A stretch of 64,000 nucleotides of DNA from a bacterium (lineage in GTDB: Bacteria > RBG-13-61-14 > DATKZS01): contig CAXXFL010000006.1 in NCBI GenBank assembly GCA_963674965.2, positions 1,088,001-1,152,000 on the forward strand, given 5' to 3'. The notes beneath the pieces are model-generated. The model had not been told where the DNA came from and searched no databases. It worked only from the letters and a program-made list of their open reading frames with translations. Below are positions 49,669 to 59,911 of this stretch, piece after piece. Within the stretch, counting starts at the first letter, position 1. The number at the start of each line of letters is the position of its first letter. The translations under genes were made by a program, and so were the position numbers.

Positions 49669-51381
49669 TTAGAGGGTCCGCGATGGTCCTCCCTTTAACA
49701 ACTCGGCCGCCCTGGCCGCGTGCTCGGAATCGGGATACCGTTCTATAAGGGCCGATAGAACGTTGGCCGCGTTTTCCCGCATGGCGCACTTCATCATCAG
49801 TATCTCGCCGCACCGATAAAGCGCCTCGGCCGCCCGGGGATCGTCCTTGTAAAGGACGCCGTACTCCCGCAACATGCGCGCCGCCTCGAGGGGCTTTCCC
49901 GCCTTCTCGGCCCAGTCGGCCACGGCCATCAGCTCGGGAGGATCGAAGGTGAAGTCGGGTATGGTTTTCCTGTAGTCCTCATACATGTCGAAGAGGGCCT
50001 CGAGGGCGTACTGCCTGACGAAGTCTCGGGCCAGCTCGCGCCCGTATTTTTTCACGGTCTCCTGGTCCCCGAGGTGATAGGACGCCACCATAATGCCGCG
50101 GAGTCCTCCCAGGTTTTCCGGGTCGGCCGCCAGCACTTCCGCGAAAAGGACCTTGGCCTGATCGAAGCTTCCGTGCTCGATGAGGTAATTGCCGTGCATG
50201 ACCTTTTCCGACAGCTCGATATCCCGGCCGAGGTCGCGCCCCGCCTCGGGAGGAGCCGCTCCCCCCGGGCCGGCCGCGACGTCTCGGCCGCTTTTCGCGA
50301 CCGCCGCCGCGGCCAGGGCCACGCCCGCTCCGTATGTTTCTTCCCCCGGCGACCAGAAGGGCGTGGTGGGCTTGCCGTCCACTCTAAAGGTCGGCTCCTC
50401 CTCGGTCTCCCGCCACCACTTCAGCTTGTAGCGGGTCTGGTAGGAAAGGTATCCCATCAGGTAAGCGACGGTGATCAGCATGTAAACGTGAGCCGCGCCG
50501 TCCACGACGTAAAACAGAACGTGATAGATAACGTACTTGGAAAAGGACTTCTCCGGAAGAAGGGCGTGAAGCGCGGTCCTGGCAAGGGCGTAGACGATAA
50601 AAATTCCCGCGATGACGGCGAAGGCCCTTCTGTATTCGTCCTTTATCTTTTGCACCTGGGACGAGATGAACCTGAGGTCGAAGGCCTTGGACCCGCTCTT
50701 GAACACCCCCTGGATCAAAAGAGACATGGGGAACATGTAAATGGCCTGCGAAAAATATATGCCGCCCACCACCAGAAAAAAGGACAGGAAAACGTAACGG
50801 ACCCATACGTCGGGCCAGTAGTACACGCTGTTAAGCGACAGTATGATAAGGACCAGGGGCCAGAACATGCCCAGAGCGGCCACGAACAGCCTGACGTAGG
50901 CCAGGCCGAAATCCTGGAGCGGGCTAGTGCCCGGCCTGGCCCTTGGCAGCCCGAACCTTCCGTCCTCGACCCATGACACGCTCAGATAGAAGTAGGGGAT
51001 CATGAAGGAGAAGAAGGTCGAGTAAGCCACCATGATGGTCGCCCTCCAAAAGCTCTCCATGCCCATGTTCTCGAATTCCTCGGCGAAAAAGACGTAGCCG
51101 TAAAGGGTCCGAAGCATGGTCGCCAGCGCGACGAAGACGGCCATCATCACGGGTCCGTACTCGGTAAAGGCCACTGTGAAAACGTTGCGAAGGTTTTTCC
51201 AGAAGGGCATGATCTGGATATAGGGGGACAGGTCGGTAAGGGAGTTCGAGCACCTGGCGCACATGATCACGCTGGTGTGCTTGAAGGGTCTGACCTTTAC
51301 GCACTCGGCGCAAAAGCCCTTCTCGCATCTCGGGCAATGATAGGTCGCGCTCCTTTCCGGATGGTTGGCGCAGTGGATCAT
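49669..51381 (-). CDS. B-box zinc finger + multi-TM + TPR protein
   Basis: CANHPERSATYHCPRCEKGFCAEC, CARC, about six TM helices, C-terminal TPRs. Confidence 0.7.
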   Translation of the reverse strand: MIHCANHPERSATYHCPRCEKGFCAECVKVRPFKHTSVIMCARCSNSLTDLSPYIQIMPFWKNLRNVFTVAFTEYGPVMMAVFVALATMLRTLYGYVFFAEEFENMGMESFWRATIMVAYSTFFSFMIPYFYLSVSWVEDGRFGLPRARPGTSPLQDFGLAYVRLFVAALGMFWPLVLIILSLNSVYYWPDVWVRYVFLSFFLVVGGIYFSQAIYMFPMSLLIQGVFKSGSKAFDLRFISSQVQKIKDEYRRAFAVIAGIFIVYALARTALHALLPEKSFSKYVIYHVLFYVVDGAAHVYMLITVAYLMGYLSYQTRYKLKWWRETEEEPTFRVDGKPTTPFWSPGEETYGAGVALAAAAVAKSGRDVAAGPGGAAPPEAGRDLGRDIELSEKVMHGNYLIEHGSFDQAKVLFAEVLAADPENLGGLRGIMVASYHLGDQETVKKYGRELARDFVRQYALEALFDMYEDYRKTIPDFTFDPPELMAVADWAEKAGKPLEAARMLREYGVLYKDDPRAAEALYRCGEILMMKCAMRENAANVLSALIERYPDSEHAARAAELLKGGPSRTL

Positions 51382-51394
51382 TCGCCGCTCCTCG

Positions 51395-53851
51395 CTAATG
51401 TCTTAGCTCGATGGCCACCTCGCCGCCCTCGTCCGGCGCCTCGATGGTTACCGCCCCCTCCGATTTCAGGTAGCCGTATTGCTCGAGGCCCGGGCCGGGC
51501 CGCTCGTCTTGCTTTGCAGGCCTCGCCTCGGTCCCGTTGATTAAAACTTGTCTTGGCCTCGATCCCGTCCTGACCTTGATCTTCAGCGTCCGGGGAGGAG
51601 GCTGGAAGGGTCCCTCCCTGGGACGGATCGTCACCGACAGGCCGCCGTCCTCAAGGCGTTCCTGATGAACGCGACGCCTTGAGAACACCCCGCTCTCGTA
51701 ATCACGGCTTATACCGTCGTCCTCGTAAAGCGACGACTCGGAGCGGCCCGAGGCCGGCGGGTACAGATCGATCTTGAGGAACTCGGGCGGCTTCTCGTCC
51801 AGCCACCTTAGGGCGGGCCAGAGGAAAAGAGCGGCGCCGTCCCGGACGTAAACGGGCATGGTCTCGAGGGGCGCGCGACGCTCGATGGTCCTCGGTCCCC
51901 CGATCTCCTCGCCCGTCCAGAAGTCCGTCCATTTCGCCTCGGGAAGATATACCTCCCTCCGCCTCGATCCCTTCTCCATGACCGGCGCGATCATGATCCA
52001 CGGCCCGATCATGACCTGGTCGTCGATGCGCGGAGCGACCCGGTCCTCGGGAAAGTCGTAAAACAGCGGCCTGAAAACGGGGGCCCCGCTCTCGTGGTGC
52101 TCCCTTACCAAGGAGTACATGGCCGGGTGGAGGCGGTAGCGGAGCTTCAGGTAACGGCGGGCTATGCTCTCGACTTTCGCCCCGAAGCTCCACGGTTCCT
52201 GCCTCGAGGTCCAGATGGCCGAGTGGGTACGGCTAAACGGATAAAAAGCCCCGAGTTGTATCCAGCGAGCGTAAAGCTCGGGCGAGCAGTTGCCCTTGAA
52301 GCCGCCCACGTCGGCCCCGCAAAGGCCAACGCCCGAGAGGCCCAGGTTGAGGAGCATGCGGACGCTGAGGGCCAGGTGGTTGAAGGCGCTCGAGTTGTCT
52401 CCCGTCCATACGGCGGCCAGGGACTGGACCCCCGCGTAGCCGGCGCGGGTGAGGATGAAGGGACGCTCGCCGGGCCGCAGCCTCTCGAGGCCCTCCCGCG
52501 TGGCCCGGTTCTCGTCCATGGCGTAGAGGTTGCGGCAGGCCTCGTGGTCGAGCTTCCGGCCGTTCGCTTCATGGATAAGGTCGGGGTCCTTGATGGTTCC
52601 CACCGCCGCCACCGAGCCGCCCACCCGAGCGTCAAGCCGCCAGCAGGCCGGCTCGTTCATGTCGTTCCATATCCCCCGAATCCCGGACTCGATAAGCACC
52701 GAGTGCATGTCGCCCCACCAGGTCCCCACCCCGGGTCTCGAGAAGTCGGGAAAAGCGACCTTACCCGGCCACACCCGGGCGCGAAACTCCCTGCCCAGGG
52801 AGTCCCTTAGAAAATAATCATTGTCCACTCCCTCACGGTAAGGCTCGTATTCCTCGTCCGCGGCCAGGCCGGGGTCCACGATGGATATGAGCTTGAAGCC
52901 CGACTCGGCCAGGTCCCCGGACATGGCCTTCATATCGGGAAAGCGCTCGCGGTCGATGGTGAAAGAGCGGTATCGGTCCATATAGTGAATGTCCAGGTGG
53001 ATGACGTCCGAGGGGACGTCCCTTTCCCGGAACTCCCGGGCTATCCCTCGGACCTCCTCTTCGTTCTTGTAGGACCAGCGGGACTGGTGATGCCCCAGGG
53101 CCCAGCGGGGAGGCATGGGCGCGTGGCCCGTTACGTCGGCGTAGCGGGAAAGGACCTGGGCCGGCGTGGGCCCGAGCATGACGTAAAGGTCCAACTCGCC
53201 TTGCGCGGCGTTGTATCCGAAGACCTCGCCGAAGGTCGCGCCCAGGTCGAACCCCGCCCGCCCGGGGTTGTCGAAGAGGAGACCGTTGGCCTCCCCCTCC
53301 CGGAGAATAAGGGCGAAGGGAATGGACATGTAAATGGGGTCCGTATCCATGGAATAGCTCTTGTCCGCGTTCCACATCTCCATCTTGCGCCCGAGCTTGT
53401 TGAAAGGGCCCGTCTTTTCCCCGAAGCCGAAGTATCCCGAGTGACGATCGATCGAGTGGGCCAGGGCCACGCCCGTCTCGGTCCAGCCCATGCAAAGACC
53501 AGGATACTCCTTAAAGACCGCGTTGCCCGAGGAGTCGTAAACGCTCAGGCGATAGGGCTTCCTCGCCGCGATCAGCCTGAAACCGGGAAAAAAGACCTCG
53601 GCCGCGGCCGCCTTCTCGACCACCTCGGGGTCGGGACCCGCCTTGCCGGACATGGAGGGCGCGAAATAACCGCCGTCCCCCATCCGGCCGCCCCTGCCCG
53701 AGCGGATAAGGAGAACGCCCTCCATAGGATTGGAAATCCGGACCGAGCCGCCTTCACCTTTTAGAAGCACCCCGCCCTCCGAGGTCTCGATACCGGTAAG
53801 TTCCCCGAACTTAACGAAGCGTTTATTATATAAGTTTTTTATTACGTCCAT
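51395..53851 (-). CDS. Alpha-glucosidase (GH31)
   Basis: HLDIHYM, GIWNDMNEP nucleophile motif, WTGDN, ADVGGF, RWIQLGAFYPF.R.H. Confidence 0.95.
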   Translation of the reverse strand: MDVIKNLYNKRFVKFGELTGIETSEGGVLLKGEGGSVRISNPMEGVLLIRSGRGGRMGDGGYFAPSMSGKAGPDPEVVEKAAAAEVFFPGFRLIAARKPYRLSVYDSSGNAVFKEYPGLCMGWTETGVALAHSIDRHSGYFGFGEKTGPFNKLGRKMEMWNADKSYSMDTDPIYMSIPFALILREGEANGLLFDNPGRAGFDLGATFGEVFGYNAAQGELDLYVMLGPTPAQVLSRYADVTGHAPMPPRWALGHHQSRWSYKNEEEVRGIAREFRERDVPSDVIHLDIHYMDRYRSFTIDRERFPDMKAMSGDLAESGFKLISIVDPGLAADEEYEPYREGVDNDYFLRDSLGREFRARVWPGKVAFPDFSRPGVGTWWGDMHSVLIESGIRGIWNDMNEPACWRLDARVGGSVAAVGTIKDPDLIHEANGRKLDHEACRNLYAMDENRATREGLERLRPGERPFILTRAGYAGVQSLAAVWTGDNSSAFNHLALSVRMLLNLGLSGVGLCGADVGGFKGNCSPELYARWIQLGAFYPFSRTHSAIWTSRQEPWSFGAKVESIARRYLKLRYRLHPAMYSLVREHHESGAPVFRPLFYDFPEDRVAPRIDDQVMIGPWIMIAPVMEKGSRRREVYLPEAKWTDFWTGEEIGGPRTIERRAPLETMPVYVRDGAALFLWPALRWLDEKPPEFLKIDLYPPASGRSESSLYEDDGISRDYESGVFSRRRVHQERLEDGGLSVTIRPREGPFQPPPRTLKIKVRTGSRPRQVLINGTEARPAKQDERPGPGLEQYGYLKSEGAVTIEAPDEGGEVAIELRH

Positions 53852-53911
53852 TTCTCTATTTCACCGGCCGCCTATTTTTATGCGGCCATCGCTCCGTCAA
53901 TACGGCAACCA

Positions 53912-54042
53912 GGGTCGTCAAGCATCCTGCATGGGCGTCGCAAGCCGCGGGCTGAGTTCCTCCCGCCGTCCGGCCTCCTTTTCCTCCGTTCGGAAGCCGC
54001 CAAACGCCCCCGCTTATGAAGCCAAAAGCCCGTTCTCTTCAC
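53912..54042. repeat. Degenerate family R copy
   Basis: gggtcgtcaagcatcctgcatgggcgtcgcaagccgcgggctgag...aagccgccaaacg...agcccgttc. Confidence 0.75.
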
Positions 54043-54086
54043 CGCGGGATTTATTTATTCCACCGTCGGCATGAAAAAAGCTCGTG

Positions 54087-54697
54087 TAGTGTATCACGCT
54101 TATGCCACATCATGAAGGACGGCCCGGCCGCGTTCCACCTTGGCCATGATTTCATCCGCCTTGGCCGTCCAGGAAAAACTTTTCGGGTCGGAATTATAAT
54201 GGGGGCTTGAGACCGGCGGCTTTCCACACCCTCTGCACCATGGAGTGGCTTGTTCCCAGTTCCTTGGCCAGAGTTCTGGTGCTCCAGTGGGTGGCGTTGT
54301 TCGGCTTCTCTTGAGTGGTTTTCCTGATGATCTTAGACGCCATCTTCTCCCGCGCCGCTGGCTTTCGCCCACCGCGGGGCGCGTCCTTGATCATGCCCTC
54401 CAGCCCCTGCTCCGCGAAACGGTTCCGCCAGCGTTTTACGGTTTGGGCGTCGGTGGCAAGAGCGGCCTGAATGTCTTTGTTCATCATGCCGTCCGCCGCC
54501 ATCAGAACAATCTTCGCCCGGAGCGCCCGCCGCGCCGGGATGGAACGACCCCGCGACCAGCGCTCCAAGGTTTTTCGCTCTTCTTCATTCAGCTTGATTT
54601 TGACCGCGACTCTCATGGGCGGCATCCTTTGACTATCGAGGATAATACCATGGCAATACACGGCGGATTTATAATCAACTAAAATTATGATTCACTA
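54087..54697 (-). mobile_element. Internally deleted IS630-family element (~0.6 kb)
   Basis: Ends tagtgtatca / tgattcacta with TA duplication; transposase N-terminal HTH region joined out of frame to the C-terminal tail. Confidence 0.8.
54100..54616 (-). pseudogene. IS630 transposase lacking the DDE core
   Basis: RAKIVL.AADG, DAPR.GR, THWSTRTLA, WK..GLKP, then HYNSDPKSFSWTAKADEIMAKV in another frame. Confidence 0.85.
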
Positions 54698-56290
54698 TGA
54701 TGGGTCCTTATGGACGGATTCTTTTTCGATCAATTGGTCGAGCCTCCCGTCAAGTTGGTTGACCAGTTTCTTGAGGGACGACTCGCTTAGCATGCCCATG
54801 GCGTAAGCCTTTTTGAGCTCGTCCTTTTCCATTGCCAGCAGGTGTCGCCTTGTGGCCCTGGTCTCCTCGTCGTGCAGTTCCCTGGTCGTCTCGTATATTT
54901 CGCCGATGGCCGTTTCGTTTTGGGCGAGTTTCTCCTTGTATTCCTGGAGAAGTTTTTCGTGGACGAACCTGGATATGGACCTTGCCCCGTAAAGCTCCTC
55001 CAACTCGGTCATGGCCGCGTGGGCGCTTTTAATGCCGGCCGCCAGTTCCTGGTACTGGGCGTGTCCGCCGCCGTGGAGGACCCCGAGTTTCTTTAAAAGG
55101 GGCTTGATAGTCAGGGCCTGTCCGAGGATTGAGAGGACCACCACTCCGAAGGTCATGGAAAGGATAAGCTCCCGGTGGGGCATATTCCTGTCCAGGCTGA
55201 GTACCAGGGCCATGGATATGCTTCCCCTGAGCCCTCCCCATATCATGATTGGACTCCATTTCCAGGGGAACTTATGGAACAGTCCGTTAATGAGGGGCAA
55301 AAGCAGGGTCACCGAGGCCGCCCGGGCCACGAGCACGGCGAGCCAGGCAATAATAATATGTCCGGAGTAAGACAGGAGTATGCTCAGCTTGGCCTCCATG
55401 CCGATGAGCAGGAAGATGATCGAGTTGATGATAAAGGCGGCGAACTCCCAGAAGCTGACGACGGCCATCTTGGTGGTGGGAGACATGCCCACGCTGGCTC
55501 CGTAGTTGCCGCTCATCATTCCGGCGGCGACCACGGCGATGACTCCGGACACGTGCAGGTGCTCGGCGATGATATAGGAGCCGTAGGCGAGGATGGTGGT
55601 GAGCATTATCTCGATGAGGTGGTCGTCCACCCTGGCGGTCAGGTAGCTCATGGCCAGTCCCGTGACCAGGCCCACGCCCAGTCCGCCGAGGACCTCCTTG
55701 AGAAAACTTCCCGCCACCCAGAGTGCCCCGATGTGTTTGACCGTCTCCCCGTGGGCGTCATGTCCGGCCACCGCGGCCAGGAGCAGTGAAAACATTACCA
55801 CGGCCGTGCCGTCATTGAACAGGCTCTCGCCTTCCACCACCAGGTGCAGGCGGTGAGGCACTCCCAGTTCCTTGAAGATGGCGATAACCGAAATCGGGTC
55901 GGTGGCGGAAATAAGGGCCCCGAAGAGCAAGGCGTAGAGAATGCCGAACTGGGCGTAACCGATGACGTACTGGAGGCCCAGGAAGGTCAGGCCACCGCAG
56001 ATGAGGAGGGAAATGACCACCCCGAGCACGGCCAGAATAAGTATTGGTCCCGCGTCCCGCTTGAAGTGGGACACGTCCAGGTGGAAGGCCGCCTCATACA
56101 AAAGGGCGGGCAGGAACACGGCGAAAACCAGCTCCTTGTTCAGGTGTAGCTCGACCTCCAGGGAGAGCGCTCCCAGCGCGAGGCCCGTGACGACCAGGGC
56201 CACCGTGTAGGGTAGACGAAGGCGCTGGGCCAGCATGGCCACCGCCGCCGCCACGATGAGTAAAAGGATAAGCTGCTCTTCGATAATCAT
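54695..56290 (-). CDS. Na+/H+ antiporter, CPA1 (NhaP/NhaG-like)
   Basis: FLPALLYEAA, GALISATDP, EGESLFNDG, HVSGVIAVV, WGGLRG. Confidence 0.95.
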   Translation of the reverse strand: MIIEEQLILLLIVAAAVAMLAQRLRLPYTVALVVTGLALGALSLEVELHLNKELVFAVFLPALLYEAAFHLDVSHFKRDAGPILILAVLGVVISLLICGGLTFLGLQYVIGYAQFGILYALLFGALISATDPISVIAIFKELGVPHRLHLVVEGESLFNDGTAVVMFSLLLAAVAGHDAHGETVKHIGALWVAGSFLKEVLGGLGVGLVTGLAMSYLTARVDDHLIEIMLTTILAYGSYIIAEHLHVSGVIAVVAAGMMSGNYGASVGMSPTTKMAVVSFWEFAAFIINSIIFLLIGMEAKLSILLSYSGHIIIAWLAVLVARAASVTLLLPLINGLFHKFPWKWSPIMIWGGLRGSISMALVLSLDRNMPHRELILSMTFGVVVLSILGQALTIKPLLKKLGVLHGGGHAQYQELAAGIKSAHAAMTELEELYGARSISRFVHEKLLQEYKEKLAQNETAIGEIYETTRELHDEETRATRRHLLAMEKDELKKAYAMGMLSESSLKKLVNQLDGRLDQLIEKESVHKDPS

Positions 56291-56385
56291 TCGGTTTTAC
56301 CTCGGCCGTGGTATCATGTAAATATTACTTTATTATTGTCCGCGATAAAAACCTAACATGTGGCCAATAACCCGCGGGAAAACGC

Positions 56386-57999
56386 ATGAACGTGGATACA
56401 CAAGAAAAAGAGAAGGGCGCGAGAAGAAAAAGGGCGCCGTTCAAGGCCTTTTTTATCTTACTGCCCTTCCTGGCCATATTGACGCTGGAGCTTTTCCTGA
56501 GGGCCATAGGCTTCGAATACTGGCCGGAGAGGCCCGATCCCACTTGTCTTCCCTATCTTGCATCGCGCGTTGAAGGGGACAAAACAATATACGAGCCTTC
56601 CAGGTACTATCAATTGTGGAACCATCACTTTCAGGTTCAGGTACCGAAGGAAAAGGAGCACAAAAGGATAGCGTGCTTGGGGGGCAGCGCGACCTACGGC
56701 GGGTCCTTCGGAAGGCCCGGCTCTTTTTCGGAATGGCTGTCGGTCATGCTTTCCGCCGTGGACCGAGACGCCAAATGGGAGGTCATCAACGCGGGACAAA
56801 ACGGGGCCTCCAGTTTCGGAGTTTTGGGGATAGCCGCTGAAATTATGATGACGCGGCCCGATCTCGTCATCATATATTGCGGGAATAACGAGTTCCGTTA
56901 CCACCGTCTGAACCCGAGGCCCGATTGCCGAGGCGCCTGGCTGAAAAAAATAAAATTGGATTCAAGGACCCTGAGGCTGGGGGGCATGATCGCCGACAAG
57001 TTGTCCAATTCCGAGGACAAGTCCAAGTTTGACGCGGGGCGCGTGATAGGACGCGGCGTCGAGGAGATCGATTCCCTCTGGGAATGCGGTTGGGACGTGG
57101 AAAATGAAGAGGAAGTATTTCGAAGATACGCGGGCAATTTGGATAAGATGGTCCAAGCGGCCAAGCAAGGCGGCGCCAGGGTATTTTTATGCTCCATTCC
57201 CGTCAACCTCAAAGATCGCGAGCCCTTTGGAAAGTACGATGAAGCCGGGCTTGAGGAACGGACGCTTAGAGAAGTAAACGGGTTCCTTGACGCGGGAGAC
57301 GAGAAATATCTGGAGGGAGACGTAAAGAAGGCGCTGGATTATTATATAAAAGCCGAGGAGTCGGCTCCCGCCTTGGCTCGCGTTAAATATAGAATCGCGT
57401 GTTCATATTTCTCGCTTGGAGAAAAGGAGTTGGCGTCGCGCCATTTCCACGCCGCCTTGGACCTCGAGGCGATCAAGGACCGGGCCAACGGCCGGATTAA
57501 CGCGGCTATAAGGGAGGTCGCCCAAAAAAACGGCGTGACCTTCGTGGACCTCGAGTCGGCCATGGCCGATAATTCCTCAGCCGGGATACCGGGAGACGAT
57601 GAGTTTTCCGATGAAGTACATCCCACGTTGTCCGGATATGAAATTATCGCCGAAAGACTTCTTGCCGCCATGATAGAGGAGGAATTGGTCGAGCCGGATA
57701 AAGAATGGATTCAAACGGCCCGCGGGGCCAGGGATTATTACCGGGACCATATGCCCCATGATTTCCTTTACGCCTCGTATATGAACGCGGCCAAATACAA
57801 CGCGGCGGCCGCCCGCTTCGAGCGGGCGAAGTATTATATCAAGCGGGCAATCCAATATAAGCCGGCTGACGATGAGGCCCTTGATCTTCTATTTGCCCTG
57901 GAAAAGATCAAGCCCCCAGGTATCGAGCAAGAGGCCCCGTGGGGAACTTTCGATTACGCCTTGACCCTGTCTGGCGGGAAAGGGAAAGCGAAACGGTAA
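56386..57999 (+). CDS. Membrane-anchored SGNH/GDSL hydrolase with TPR insertion
   Basis: CLGGSATYG, INAG, GNNE, DEVHP blocks; TPR-like helices. Confidence 0.8.
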   Translation: MNVDTQEKEKGARRKRAPFKAFFILLPFLAILTLELFLRAIGFEYWPERPDPTCLPYLASRVEGDKTIYEPSRYYQLWNHHFQVQVPKEKEHKRIACLGGSATYGGSFGRPGSFSEWLSVMLSAVDRDAKWEVINAGQNGASSFGVLGIAAEIMMTRPDLVIIYCGNNEFRYHRLNPRPDCRGAWLKKIKLDSRTLRLGGMIADKLSNSEDKSKFDAGRVIGRGVEEIDSLWECGWDVENEEEVFRRYAGNLDKMVQAAKQGGARVFLCSIPVNLKDREPFGKYDEAGLEERTLREVNGFLDAGDEKYLEGDVKKALDYYIKAEESAPALARVKYRIACSYFSLGEKELASRHFHAALDLEAIKDRANGRINAAIREVAQKNGVTFVDLESAMADNSSAGIPGDDEFSDEVHPTLSGYEIIAERLLAAMIEEELVEPDKEWIQTARGARDYYRDHMPHDFLYASYMNAAKYNAAAARFERAKYYIKRAIQYKPADDEALDLLFALEKIKPPGIEQEAPWGTFDYALTLSGGKGKAKR

Positions 58000-58033
58000 A
58001 ATCTCCGGGATAACGCCCGACAAGCGCGCCCCG

Positions 58034-59326
58034 TTAAGGCCATATTTTACCCAGCATCCGCGGGAAGGGTATGGTTTCGCGCACGTGTTTTAGCCCGCAA
58101 ATCCATGCGACGGTCCTTTCAATGCCCAGCCCGAAGCCCGCGTGAGGCGCGGTCCCGTAGGTCCGCAGGTCGAGGTACCACTCGAAGGCCTGGCGGGGAA
58201 GCCCGTGTTTTTCGATCATCCGCTCGAGGACGGCAAGGTCGTCCTCCCTTTGCCCGCCTCCGATGATCTCGCCGTAGCCCTCCGGCCCGAGAACGTCGAC
58301 GCAAAGGGCGACCTCCGGCCTTTCCGGGTCGCGCTTCATGTAGAAGGCCTTGATCTCCGCCGGATAACGGTGAATCATGACGGGACGGTCGAACTTCTCC
58401 GAGATCACCGTCTCGTCCTCCGCCCCGAAGTCTCCGCCCCAGGAGAACTCGATACCCTCCTTGTTCAGTATCCGGACCGCCTCGTCGTAGGTTATCCGGG
58501 GGAATGGTTTCCTCACGCGGCTCAGGACCGAAAGGTCCCGCTCGAGAGACTCCAGTTCGGCCTTTTTGTTCTCGGTGGTCCTTTGGACCACGGCCTCGAG
58601 GAAATCCTCGGCCAGGTCCATGTCCCCGGCCAGGTCGAGCCAGGCCACCTCGGGCTCGAGCATCCAGAATTCCATCAGGTGGCGCCTGGTCTTGGACTTC
58701 TCGGCCCGGAAGGTCGGTCCGAAACAATAGACCTTGCCAAAGGCCATGGCCGCGGCCTCCTGGTAAAGCTGGCCCGACTGAGTCAGGAACGCCGGGTCCC
58801 CGAAGTAATCGGTCTCGAACAAGGTGGTTGTGCCCTCGCAGGCCGCGGGCGTCAGGATGGGCGAGTCGATCAGGGTAAAGCCTTCCTCGTCCATGTAACG
58901 CCGGCACTGGCGTATTATCTCGTGTCTGACCCGAAGGATGGCGTGCTGGCGGCGCGAGCGGAGCCAGAGGTGGCGGTTGCTCATGAGGAAGGCCGTGCCG
59001 TGGTCCTTTGGCCCGATGGGGTATTCACTGGCCAGGTGTACTATCTCGAAGTGATTCACGCCGATCTCGAAGCCGATGGGAGAGCGCGGGTCCTTTTTGA
59101 CCTCTCCCCTCACGATGACCGAGCTTTCCTGGGTGACCTCGCCGGCGGCCTGGAAGGACTCCTCCGACAGGTCTCCCTTGAACGCCACGCACTGAATAAT
59201 GCCGCTGCCGTCCCGAAGCTGAAGGAAATGTAGCTTGCCCTTGCTGCTTTTGTTGTAGAGCCAGCCCCTCAGCTCGACCTCGTCTCCATGGTGATCGGCG
59301 ACGTCCTCTATCCTTATCGTTTTCAT
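58034..59326 (-). CDS. asnS: Asparagine--tRNA ligase
   Basis: [61 protein letters not shown]; alternative start at 59341. Confidence 0.97.
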   Translation of the reverse strand: MKTIRIEDVADHHGDEVELRGWLYNKSSKGKLHFLQLRDGSGIIQCVAFKGDLSEESFQAAGEVTQESSVIVRGEVKKDPRSPIGFEIGVNHFEIVHLASEYPIGPKDHGTAFLMSNRHLWLRSRRQHAILRVRHEIIRQCRRYMDEEGFTLIDSPILTPAACEGTTTLFETDYFGDPAFLTQSGQLYQEAAAMAFGKVYCFGPTFRAEKSKTRRHLMEFWMLEPEVAWLDLAGDMDLAEDFLEAVVQRTTENKKAELESLERDLSVLSRVRKPFPRITYDEAVRILNKEGIEFSWGGDFGAEDETVISEKFDRPVMIHRYPAEIKAFYMKRDPERPEVALCVDVLGPEGYGEIIGGGQREDDLAVLERMIEKHGLPRQAFEWYLDLRTYGTAPHAGFGLGIERTVAWICGLKHVRETIPFPRMLGKIWP

Positions 59327-59341
59327 GTCTTTCCCCATCAT

Positions 59342-59911
59342 TTATTTTGGGCCGTCAAATATCATCCTGGTGTAGGGGCGAGTCTCGACGTCTTCCTCGC
59401 CGATCCCCAGCTCGCGGAAAATTTTCTTGATCCGTTTCCATGCGCCACCTATTTCATCTTCATTCGCGACCATGATCTCGATCTCGACAAACCATCCCAG
59501 CCCTCCGATCTCGATCAGCTCTATCCTTGCCGGCCCATCAGGTTTATCGGAAGGTCCCGCCTCGATTATATACCTTTTTCCTTTTTTGGTTTTCTCGACC
59601 AGGGCCGCGAACCCGAAGGACCTTATGAAAGCAATAAAGGCCGCCGTGTCGCTTACCTCGAACTCGACCTCGGCGCAGGCCTCGCCGCCGCCGTTGGCGA
59701 TTTTGTCCTTCACCGTCACGAGGCTGTTTTTTCCGCTCATGCGCAGTCGGAACCTATTATAGGTGTAGCCTTCAATGGATTCCGGCTTGAAATAGACGTC
59801 GTGGTAATCGATTTCCTCAAGGAAGCGGGCATTTTTCGCGAGCCAGGAGCGTATGGACTCCGGGTCCGATATCCTCGCCTTGATCTCGACCTCGATGGGG
59901 CGTTCGTTCAT
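59342..59911 (-). CDS. cyaB: CYTH-domain protein / class IV adenylate cyclase
   Basis: EVEIKA, D.YF, RLR, K.K, GLG.FVEIE, PY motifs. Confidence 0.8.
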   Translation of the reverse strand: MNERPIEVEIKARISDPESIRSWLAKNARFLEEIDYHDVYFKPESIEGYTYNRFRLRMSGKNSLVTVKDKIANGGGEACAEVEFEVSDTAAFIAFIRSFGFAALVEKTKKGKRYIIEAGPSDKPDGPARIELIEIGGLGWFVEIEIMVANEDEIGGAWKRIKKIFRELGIGEEDVETRPYTRMIFDGPK

